Program-made: the position numbers and the translations under genes | Notes under the pieces: model-generated | The model's database searches: none | Seen by the model: only the letters and a program-made list of their open reading frames with translations | Told to the model about the DNA's origin: nothing | Part shown: one piece after another, positions 8,360-15,876 of the stretch | Layout: each line of letters begins with the position of its first letter | Numbering within the stretch: the stretch's first letter is position 1 | Source of the DNA: a virus | Direction: 5' to 3' (one strand) | Length of the DNA: 64,000 nucleotides | Virus record (IMG/VR): IMGVR_UViG_3300045988_075875

Positions 8360-8942
8360 TTTTATTTTCCGCTCCCATCTCCGGCCGCATAAGCGGACGG
8401 TACACCGTCTGAATATCATTCTTCCATGGTGTCAGCCATACGCACCACATCACGTCCATCAGCGGACTTCCCTTCTCTCCGGGCATCCGCTTCTTGAAAA
8501 AGAAATCCGGGCGCCACGTCAGCGGCAGAATGTAGCTGGGCGGGATCTCGTCAAACAGCTTCCGCCGGCACGTTGCGTTCCAATACTGCGACTTGAGCAG
8601 GAACGCAAAAGGCTTGCCCAGCTCCGCTGCTCTGCGGATAAACGCCTCCGCCAGCGAGAAAGGCGGGTTTGTGATGATCCAATCAGCCGCGTCAATGCTG
8701 GACTTCAAGAAGTCCGTCCCATCCAGAATGTCTGTTGCATAGACGGTCTCAAAGTAGGTCTGAAGCACACCAGCCATATCGCCCTCTCCCGTTGCCGGTT
8801 CCCACACGGACGTTGTGCGCGGAAGATTCAAAAAGCGCATAAGTACCACCGTCACATCCGGCGGCGTGGGATAGAAGTCTGACTGACTCCGCCCATACGC
8901 ACTGTTCCCGCCAGCTATCCTGCTTGCATTCAAGCTATCCAT
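8352..8942 (-). CDS. N6-adenine-type DNA methyltransferase (NPPF motif)
   Basis: ATG 8942 (GGAGG RBS). YPTPPDV, EPATGEGDM (motif I-like), IITNPPF (motif IV). Confidence 0.75.
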   Translation of the reverse strand: MDSLNASRIAGGNSAYGRSQSDFYPTPPDVTVVLMRFLNLPRTTSVWEPATGEGDMAGVLQTYFETVYATDILDGTDFLKSSIDAADWIITNPPFSLAEAFIRRAAELGKPFAFLLKSQYWNATCRRKLFDEIPPSYILPLTWRPDFFFKKRMPGEKGSPLMDVMWCVWLTPWKNDIQTVYRPLMRPEMGAENKNG

Positions 8943-8944
8943 AT

Positions 8945-9628
8945 TCAACCTCCCGTAAACAAACTGATCTGCGCCGTGTGTTCCGCAAAGCGCTTTTCCT
9001 GCGCCTGAAAATAGTGAGGGTCGATCTCACACCCAACAAAATCAAAGCCAAGATCATAGGCGGCTATGCGGCTGCTGCCGCTGCCTAAGTGGGTGTCCAG
9101 TATCTTGTCTCCCGGCTTTGCGTACTTCTGCAAAATCCATGTGTATAACGCCACCGGCTTCTGCGTTGGGTGGATGCGCTTCTCATTAAGAGCTTTGTTC
9201 CCCTGTTGGACTGTCCCCTCTGCGATACTCTTCCCCTGGAACATCCCATTCCACATATAGCGGAACAGACGGACGCTTTCAAAGCAGTTCGTCGCCGCAA
9301 TTTCGCAATCGCTAAAGCTGCTCTCCCCATTGCACTTGTCCCACACGATTCGCCCGTGGGAAAACACGAAATCAAAGTAGTTACATCCCCATACGATATA
9401 ATGTTTTGACACTCTGTCCAATTCAGCAAAAAATTCTGCGTCAGGTATATCCCATTTGGGAGACACAGGGTAATCCCGTTTCACCCCAATGGGGCTGATC
9501 TTACAGCCATAATAGCCACGCCGCTCCGGACCGCTGAAATATGGAGGGTCCACCACGGCCAGATCAAACGCCTTGTCCTGCAGCGTCCGCATATACTCCA
9601 TGCAGTCCATGTTATAGGCTACGTTCAA
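8945..9628 (-). CDS. DNA methyltransferase, beta-class N6A/N4C (DPPY ... HPTQKP ... DTHLGSGSS)
   Basis: 227 aa; VVDPPYF at N-terminus, HPTQKPVALY, ILDTHLGSGSS at C-terminus; TTGA-coupled TTG start. Confidence 0.85.
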   Translation of the reverse strand: MNVAYNMDCMEYMRTLQDKAFDLAVVDPPYFSGPERRGYYGCKISPIGVKRDYPVSPKWDIPDAEFFAELDRVSKHYIVWGCNYFDFVFSHGRIVWDKCNGESSFSDCEIAATNCFESVRLFRYMWNGMFQGKSIAEGTVQQGNKALNEKRIHPTQKPVALYTWILQKYAKPGDKILDTHLGSGSSRIAAYDLGFDFVGCEIDPHYFQAQEKRFAEHTAQISLFTGG

Positions 9629-9918
9629 TCCCTTTTCCCTCCCTCAATCACGGTAAATGCCCCTCGGCGCTTGACCGCCGCACGAGCCTCCTTCTGCTTC
9701 ACCTGTTCCAGATACTCTTTATACTTCGCCGGCAGGCGAAATTTTTCACACGATTTTCGCCATTGGCTCCGCTTCGTATAGTCCCGATCGAACCACTTGC
9801 ACTCATCACAGCAATAGCAGACGTCCTCCACGTCCTTGATCTCCCCCGGCGTGAAGTATGCGCCGTATAACTCGCAGTTATAGAGACAGTTGTTGCAGAT
9901 ACACCCATAGCAGCTCAT
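9625..9918 (-). CDS. Cys-rich hypothetical phage protein
   Basis: 97 aa, MSCYGCICNNCLYNC...CYCCDEC; ATGA coupling. Confidence 0.6.
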   Translation of the reverse strand: MSCYGCICNNCLYNCELYGAYFTPGEIKDVEDVCYCCDECKWFDRDYTKRSQWRKSCEKFRLPAKYKEYLEQVKQKEARAAVKRRGAFTVIEGGKRD

Positions 9919-10130
9919 TTCGCATCTCCATCAGCCGGAACGTTCTTATCCGCAAAGTAAAGGTGTCCTCCGCCGATTTCCCTGATAAGCATATCAAGCT
10001 GCCAGTGCATAAAGACTTGCTTATGAACCGTCCTCCCATGCCAGGAAAAATACTGCGTCTCCGGGGAATGCACAAAGTCCTCAATGCTCTTGACCCGCGC
10101 CCCCTGCCTGTATTTCCGCGTGTATGCCAT
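9915..10130 (-). CDS. hypothetical phage protein
   Basis: 71 aa, GGAGG RBS. Confidence 0.55.
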   Translation of the reverse strand: MAYTRKYRQGARVKSIEDFVHSPETQYFSWHGRTVHKQVFMHWQLDMLIREIGGGHLYFADKNVPADGDAK

Positions 10131-10151
10131 GTCTCTCGACCTCCTACTGCT

Positions 10152-10499
10152 TTACGTCCCAAGGCCAATTTCCGTGATCGTCATTTCGGTGACAGTTTCT
10201 GTTTTATCGAAAATCACATCTTCGCACGTTCCACCAAACCGCAAAAATCCATTTACCTCAACGAAGCCTTCCGGGTCCCACTTGATAGACTTGACAATAC
10301 CAATCGTTTTAGGAGTACCGTCTGCCTGAAACTGAATGACCGGGACGTTCGTATCCCCCTTGCAGGAATTTTTAATGGCATCAATCGTATAAACAACACC
10401 GTTCAAATCCCGGAAGCGTGGGCCGTGGTCGCAACCACCGCTATCGTAATTCTCAGAAACAGGAAATCTCGCGTGAAATTCAACTGGTGTACATCTCAT
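10152..10499 (-). CDS. hypothetical phage protein (first gene of leftward accessory operon)
   Basis: 115 aa, AGGAGG RBS. Confidence 0.55.
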   Translation of the reverse strand: MRCTPVEFHARFPVSENYDSGGCDHGPRFRDLNGVVYTIDAIKNSCKGDTNVPVIQFQADGTPKTIGIVKSIKWDPEGFVEVNGFLRFGGTCEDVIFDKTETVTEMTITEIGLGT

Positions 10500-10941
10500 A
10501 AATCATTCCTCCTATCTTTAGCATAGCAACCCCCTCCAATAGGGTTTTTGCATGTCTGCTTCACCTACCGCCTACCAGCACGTCACCTACCGACCGCCTG
10601 CGCCCCGCCCGCGCCGCGCAACCTAAGTACGTATTCCCCACATAAGCGAAGCGTTTTTATAAAATTTTTTTTGGGCCCCTTTTTGACTTTTCCGTTTTTT
10701 GCCCACGGTTTTCTAAACTACCCCCCCTTTAAAGGGGGAGGAAGGGCGACGGGGATGAGAACGTGGGGGGGAAAGAACGTGAGTGGAGGGGGAAGAGTTG
10801 TGGAGAGATTCTGCGCCGATCCGGTGGCCAGGTCTGTAAACCACCCCCCCACCCAGCCGGGGCCGTGGTCATCTGGTCAGCTGGTCAGCCGGGGCCGCTG
10901 GGCGGGTCTCGGAGAGTGTCAAGACCTGTTGCAAATGCCTA

Positions 10942-10976
10942 AACTGTTGCCATAATAAGCAATTATGGCAACAGTT
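10942..10976. repeat. perfect 15-bp inverted repeat with 5-nt spacer
   Basis: AACTGTTGCCATAAT-aagca-ATTATGGCAACAGTT, followed by accgccTTTTTT. Confidence 0.7.
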
Positions 10977-11469
10977 ACCGCCTTTTTTGGTGGTAAATGC
11001 AACAACAGCCTATGCCGCCCTTGTGCAACCTGACGAAAGGCGGCGGGAGCCGGGGCCGCTGCCGGTTCTCTGGACTTCGGTGGCGGTGGTGGTGGCCGTC
11101 CTCCGATGGTCGGCGGCTGGCCCGCTTGCGGTTCCCGGGCTGGTATGGTCGGCGGTGGCCGTGGTGGCCGATCTGATGCAATCAGCCGGAACAGACCCCC
11201 GGCGGTGACTCCTCCACCCTTTCCCCTTTTTCCCTTGTCCATTGCTTCCGGTCCTGCGGGAGTGCTCCGCGCTTTTCTTCATCCGGGTAAAGCGTCCGGG
11301 GGTCTCCGTGGGTACATTTGTGTATACTCTAATCAAGCGCGCCCGCAAGAAACGCGCCCGCGCGCATAGGGGTTAAAAATAGCCGCTTGGGACGGCGTAG
11401 GGTGCAAGCGGCTGCGCGGCGTGGGTCTGCTGCGGTGCGGTGCTGGGCAGTATTGCTCAGAGGGCACGA

Positions 11470-11500
11470 GAAAAGCCCGCGGGGGGCTTCCCTGCGGGCT
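11470..11500 (-). terminator. intrinsic terminator of 12075->11517 operon
   Basis: Stem AGCCCGC/GCGGGCT; T-run on minus strand (gaaaa on plus). Confidence 0.6.
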
Positions 11501-11516
11501 GTGGTGGCTGGTGGTA

Positions 11517-11879
11517 TCAGGTCAGAAACAGTTCGCCGTTGATCTCAAGGCTGACGGCCTCTTGTTTCATTTCGCGTTTGATCTTGTGGCAGATGGCGAC
11601 GATCTCGGCGCCGTGGCGCTCGATGTCCTCGGCTGCGGCGTTGCTGTAAACGATGGTGACGGCCTCGCCCACGAGTCCGGCGGACTGGCTCACCCAGTAG
11701 CCGCGGGCCTCGGTAGCGGTGGCACCGCCAAACATGGCGGACAGCTTCGCGGCGACTTCCTCCACCTGCTGCCGGTTGTCGGTGGGGTGGTCGGTGTCGG
11801 TGGTGCTCGGTACATAGATAGCCACGCGGGAGTCCAGACGGACAACGCCGGGGATCGTGTCAAAAAAGCTCTTTTTCAT
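11517..11879 (-). CDS. hypothetical protein
   Basis: 120 aa, GGAGGAA RBS. Confidence 0.65.
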   Translation of the reverse strand: MKKSFFDTIPGVVRLDSRVAIYVPSTTDTDHPTDNRQQVEEVAAKLSAMFGGATATEARGYWVSQSAGLVGEAVTIVYSNAAAEDIERHGAEIVAICHKIKREMKQEAVSLEINGELFLT

Positions 11880-11898
11880 TTCGTGTTCCTCCTCTTCC

Positions 11899-12075
11899 TT
11901 ATGCGGTCGCCCGTGTGCGGCGGTTGATCTCTGCGAGTGCTGCCCTTACTGCGGTTTCATCTTCGGCGTATGCCGTGCCGGAGATCGTCCCGCAGGCCCT
12001 CCGGTATGCTGCCCGGTCATCGGCCCAGGCGATCAGCTCGCGGAGCTTGTCCATGCTCATTTTGCTGTAATCCAT
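11899..12075 (-). CDS. small hypothetical protein (58 aa)
   Basis: Hand-found MDYSKMSMDKLRELIAWADDRAAYRRACGTISGTAYAEDETAVRAALAEINRRTRATA; AAAGGA RBS. Confidence 0.45.
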   Translation of the reverse strand: MDYSKMSMDKLRELIAWADDRAAYRRACGTISGTAYAEDETAVRAALAEINRRTRATA

Positions 12076-12136
12076 TTTGTAATCCTTTCCGGCCCGGTGG
12101 GCCTCCGTGGTTTTCCTCTGTTTTCATTTACCATTA

Positions 12137-12221
12137 TATATGGGTAAACCCCATATTTCAATAGTCAATTCCTACAAAAGTAAACCCCATATTTTGTATA
12201 ATATTTATGGGGTAAACCCAT
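12137..12221. promoter_or_regulatory. operator array plus extended -10 promoter between divergent operons
   Basis: Three copies of GTAAACCC(C)AT in dyads ATATGGGTAAACCCCATAT (12137-12155), GTAAACCCCATATT (12180-12193), ATGGGGTAAACCCAT (12207-12221); TGTATAAT at 12195-12202. Confidence 0.55.
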
Positions 12222-12318
12222 TGTTTTTCTGTTTCCGGCTCCCTATAATAATAGATGTCAAAAGGATAGCACCAAACCACCGGACCGGCGGCCGCTCCGC
12301 CGGGGAAAGGATGTTAAA

Positions 12319-12726
12319 ATGTCGGATTTATTGGAAAGGTACGAGGCCCAATATGGCCCCGTTGCAAGTGGCTACTTGTACACGCTGGGCGGTGATCCTG
12401 CCGCCATCGTGGCGGAGATGGAGCGCACCCAGGAAGCGCCGGAAGCGGACCCGCTCGCGTTTCTGGCTCCGCTGATGCCCACCACCCCGGAACAGGACGC
12501 ACACAACGCCATCATGAAAGAGATCCAGCGGCTCTATTTTCTGCCGATCTCCCGCGCCTCCGCTCTGGCCGTGTGTAACGTGCTGGGCGAGGCAGGCGAG
12601 CTGATCCCCTTTCCCGGCTTGCCGGATTTCCGGTTTAATTCTTGGACTTTTAAAAACGCCTGGAACGATGCCCACCCGGACGAGGCACGGATCACCGTTA
12701 ACGGTGCCGCCATGCTGAGTGTTTGA
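12319..12726 (+). CDS. hypothetical protein
   Basis: 135 aa, AAAGGA RBS, first gene of rightward block. Confidence 0.6.
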   Translation: MSDLLERYEAQYGPVASGYLYTLGGDPAAIVAEMERTQEAPEADPLAFLAPLMPTTPEQDAHNAIMKEIQRLYFLPISRASALAVCNVLGEAGELIPFPGLPDFRFNSWTFKNAWNDAHPDEARITVNGAAMLSV

Positions 12727-12789
12727 CCCCCCAGAACAGCGGCCCAGGATCACCCCGGGCCGCTGAACAGGAAAACGGAGGTTTGCGAA

Positions 12790-13341
12790 ATGGCAAGAGT
12801 CAAGATCACTTTAAAATGCGAGCACTGCGGGAAAGAGTTTGAACACATCCACATGTGCCGCAATTCCACCGAGGCGGGATCTTATGAAGTCTGGGCGCGG
12901 GAAAACCTCGCCACCTGCCCCGCCTGCTACGCAGAACAGAAGAACGCGAAACGAGGCGCGGAGCTTTCCGGCTACATTTCCAGCTTCAGCGACCGGCACC
13001 CGCTGCCGCAAATAACCGGCGTTTCCGAAAAACAAATTTCTTATGCTTCAAGCCTGCGGGAAAAATTCATCCGTGAAAATCTAATGCCGGTTCAGCTTGA
13101 TGTGAACTGTTTTTTTGAAATCGCGGACAAGATCAAGCCGGAAAACTGCGACGAAGCAGGGCGGGATCTCATGCACAAGGCCGCAGCCGATGCCGGGAAG
13201 CCCTTTGAAATCTGGTTTGAAGCGTTCCGGGCGGACCGCCTCCGGCGCTATTTCGGCCTGATCTATGCCGCTGACGCGGACAAAATCGAAACCATTTTTA
13301 CAGAGAACAGCGCATCTAAAATTATTGATGCGCTGAGATAG
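12790..13341 (+). CDS. hypothetical zinc-ribbon protein
   Basis: 183 aa; CEHCGKEF...CPAC; GGAGG RBS. Confidence 0.6.
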   Translation: MARVKITLKCEHCGKEFEHIHMCRNSTEAGSYEVWARENLATCPACYAEQKNAKRGAELSGYISSFSDRHPLPQITGVSEKQISYASSLREKFIRENLMPVQLDVNCFFEIADKIKPENCDEAGRDLMHKAAADAGKPFEIWFEAFRADRLRRYFGLIYAADADKIETIFTENSASKIIDALR

Positions 13342-13358
13342 GACAGGAGGAAAAACAC

Positions 13359-13664
13359 ATGATCGCCCATCTTTACAAAATCCCTTCAACTTTTCGGAAC
13401 GTTCCCGACGCGGTGCAGGTTCGCGCGGTTCCCTTTGAAAATTTTCCCGGCACCTGGCTACATGCAACGCTGAATTTGCCCGACGGTCTCCGCGTGGCCG
13501 ACTCAAAATACGGAGAAGGGGCATTTATCACGGAGTCCGGCGAGGTCATCGGCGAGGCATACGCCGACCCCGAACAGATCGCCGGAAACGAACTGAAAGG
13601 CCGCGTTACCGTGCGGGACTCCGCCGGAAATTTTCTTGTTGATACCGTTGTCATCTGGCAATGA
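13359..13664 (+). CDS. hypothetical protein
   Basis: 101 aa, AGGAGG RBS. Confidence 0.6.
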   Translation: MIAHLYKIPSTFRNVPDAVQVRAVPFENFPGTWLHATLNLPDGLRVADSKYGEGAFITESGEVIGEAYADPEQIAGNELKGRVTVRDSAGNFLVDTVVIWQ

Positions 13665-13686
13665 TCCATGAAAGCGAGGTAAAACC

Positions 13687-13890
13687 ATGCCCAGACCCAG
13701 AACCAGCGCCACCAGAACAGACGCCCAAAGACGGGCGGAAAACAAGTATAAAAACAAGGCGCAAATTGTGATTGCCTGCCGGATGGACCGCCAGACGGGG
13801 GAACGCTATAAGGCCCTTTGCGCCGAACGCGGCACCACGCCCAACGCCGAAATCAAAGCCTTTATTTTGTCCCAGCTTGGCGAACAGTAA
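13687..13890 (+). CDS. small basic protein, ribbon-helix-helix-like
   Basis: 67 aa; basic N-terminus then IVIACRMDRQTGERYKALCAERGTTPNAEIKAFI. Confidence 0.5.
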   Translation: MPRPRTSATRTDAQRRAENKYKNKAQIVIACRMDRQTGERYKALCAERGTTPNAEIKAFILSQLGEQ

Positions 13891-13906
13891 GAAGGAGGCC
13901 GCGCAC

Positions 13907-14191
13907 GTGAAAGAAGAATATTACATCCCGAACACAAGCGGCGAAAAAATTTCTTTTGACGGAAAAGAATACATTTTTGCGGAAGATTTGCACGATGAAA
14001 TTTCCCCGCCACAAAACCCGGATGACCCGGCGGATCGTGCACAAATTTCCTACCGTGCGCAAGTAATTGACCCGGCCGCGCCGGAACGTCTGCTTGAGCT
14101 TTATTATGCCCCTATCTTAGTATGTGATGATCCGCCATTCGATTACAAAACAGCCGAGATCATCGGAATTATCGAAACGGAAACCGACTAA
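13907..14191 (+). CDS. hypothetical acidic protein
   Basis: GTG start after GAAGGAGG RBS; upstream part of track ORF 13772..14191 overlaps the previous gene. Confidence 0.45.
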   Translation: MKEEYYIPNTSGEKISFDGKEYIFAEDLHDEISPPQNPDDPADRAQISYRAQVIDPAAPERLLELYYAPILVCDDPPFDYKTAEIIGIIETETD

Positions 14192-14206
14192 CCCCAAAAC
14201 GCAGAA

Positions 14207-14244
14207 CAGCGACCCGGAAAAAATCCGGGCCGCTGCTTTTTTTA
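14207..14244. terminator. terminator shared by convergent genes
   Basis: CAGCGACCCGG-aaaaaaat-CCGGGCCGCTG then TTTTTTT. Confidence 0.7.
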
Positions 14245-14448
14245 TTCTGCTTTTTCTTCCGGCTGATATTCCATGATCTCACCCGGCTGCACGTTCAGTG
14301 CTGCACAGATTTTGCATAAAACATCCGTTGTCACGCTATCCCCTTTCCCCAGTTTGGCCAGCGTAGGCGATGAAATCCACTGCAAGAGATCCGTTTTTTT
14401 CATCCCCCGGCGGGCCAGCAGGTCAAACAACTTAAAATATCGCATCAT
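14242..14448 (-). CDS. XRE-family HTH regulator
   Basis: 68 aa; MKKTDLLQWISSPTLAKLGKGDSVTTDVLCKICAALNVQPGEIMEY. Confidence 0.75.
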   Translation of the reverse strand: MMRYFKLFDLLARRGMKKTDLLQWISSPTLAKLGKGDSVTTDVLCKICAALNVQPGEIMEYQPEEKAE

Positions 14449-14469
14449 CTTTTTTCACCTCGCCATATT

Positions 14470-14600
14470 TAGCATATCTTAACACCGGCAAAATGTCAAT
14501 AAAAAAAACATTTGCAAGTGCTAAAATAACTGTTGACTTTTATATTAGTATATGCTAATATAATATCAACGAAAGCAAAGCGAATTTTCACACCGTCAAA
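14470..14600. promoter_or_regulatory. AT-rich promoter/operator region with 22-bp near-palindrome
   Basis: TTGACT-17-TAATAT; palindrome TATATTAGTATATGCTAATATA (20/22 symmetric); extra TTAGCATAT half-site near HTH gene start. Confidence 0.55.
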
Positions 14601-14619
14601 AGCCAAGGAGGCCGAGATC

Positions 14620-14712
14620 ATGAGTTTTCACCTTTTTATCCTCGTTCTGGGCGCTGGCACCTTTGCCCGCCTGATGTTCCGCGTGGTGGATCTCATCGAG
14701 GCCCGCCGCTAA
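14620..14712 (+). CDS. 30-aa hydrophobic peptide
   Basis: AAGGAGG RBS; MSFHLFILVLGAGTFARLMFRVVDLIEARR. Confidence 0.35.
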   Translation: MSFHLFILVLGAGTFARLMFRVVDLIEARR

Positions 14713-14736
14713 ATCAAAATCAAGGAGGATCACAAA

Positions 14737-14913
14737 ATGACCACTTATAAAACCCGCAAAGCCGCCGCCCGTGATGCGGCGATCATAGCCCAGCAGGAAG
14801 CCGCCGAACAGGTGCAAAGCTGGGAAGAAGTCGCAGAGACCGCCGACTGTCTGGAACGGCTGGCCCGCCGTTTCGGTCTCCTGCGGGAGTTCCGGGAAAA
14901 CGGCCTTATCTGA
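14737..14913 (+). CDS. small hypothetical protein (58 aa)
   Basis: AAGGAGG RBS; MTTYKTRKAAARDAAIIAQQEAAEQVQSWEEV... Confidence 0.45.
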   Translation: MTTYKTRKAAARDAAIIAQQEAAEQVQSWEEVAETADCLERLARRFGLLREFRENGLI

Positions 14914-14934
14914 ACAAAGAAGGAGGACCCCACC

Positions 14935-15129
14935 ATGAAAATTGAAATCCGTTCCCTTTTTTCCGGCTGGCAGACCGTAGACCGGGAGACCGCCGCCCGT
15001 TTTGTTTCTCACCTGCTCCGCAATATGTCCGCGATCCCTGCCGCCCAGCGTCCCGCCTATATCGAGGCGCACCGGCTCCGGGGCTGCACCGTCTCCGACC
15101 TGCTCCACCAGAACAGCGCCACCAACTAA
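14935..15129 (+). CDS. hypothetical protein
   Basis: 64 aa, GAAGGAGG RBS. Confidence 0.55.
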   Translation: MKIEIRSLFSGWQTVDRETAARFVSHLLRNMSAIPAAQRPAYIEAHRLRGCTVSDLLHQNSATN

Positions 15130-15143
15130 AAGGAGGTTCACCC

Positions 15144-15773
15144 ATGTTTAACAGTCTTTACCATGCCGAGATCGGCGGCGGCTACACCCTCCGCCGGAAA
15201 GTCATTATCAACGCCGCGGACCTGCGGCCCCTGGGCGGTCAAATCGAGGTTGCCGCCATCATCGAGAACGGGGACGAGCTGAACAGCACCACCGTTACAA
15301 CGGAGGCCGCTGCGCTGGCCGCGTTTCATTCCATGGTCCAGCAGTACGCCGAACCCCTGCAAAAAGCTGTGGACGCCGCCGGACTGGTTCTGGGCCGGAA
15401 ATATACCCTTGTATATCTCTCCGAGTTCGGTTTTCCCATTGCGGAGAAAATCACCTTTCACGGCTACACCCTCACCACCTACGCCCAGCACGCCGACGTT
15501 GTGCGCCTGACCTACACCCCATACCGTAAGCGCTCCACACGCGGCCGGCTGTTTTTAGGCTCGTCCTCCCTGCTGATCTTCAACGGCTGGCAGGATCTCC
15601 CAGAACAGGCCACCCATGAAACCCTGAAGGAGGACGAGAAAGTCAAGATCACCCGCAGTAAATACGGCTGCTTTTCCGCTTCCTATATCGAGGATGCCGC
15701 CGCCCTGCTGAAGGACCCGGTTCTGATCTTCAAAAGCTACCAGACCGGCGCCAACGGCAAAGTTTACGCCTGA
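15144..15773 (+). CDS. hypothetical protein
   Basis: 209 aa, AAGGAGG RBS. Confidence 0.6.
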   Translation: MFNSLYHAEIGGGYTLRRKVIINAADLRPLGGQIEVAAIIENGDELNSTTVTTEAAALAAFHSMVQQYAEPLQKAVDAAGLVLGRKYTLVYLSEFGFPIAEKITFHGYTLTTYAQHADVVRLTYTPYRKRSTRGRLFLGSSSLLIFNGWQDLPEQATHETLKEDEKVKITRSKYGCFSASYIEDAAALLKDPVLIFKSYQTGANGKVYA

Positions 15774-15876
15774 ACAGCCACCCCGGACACCTTGGAGCCG
15801 CCGCACCGATAAAAGCGACGGCACCCCAGAAAGCCAAAATCTACACATTCAAAACACATTTCAGGAGGATTTTACC

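Noticed and set aside
10919-11242. 107-aa proline-rich minus-strand ORF in the 1-kb non-coding region
   Set aside because: It has extreme Pro/Gly/Ala low complexity and only a weak RBS. Its 3' end runs through the 15-bp perfect palindrome. I kept the region as unexplained non-coding DNA instead.
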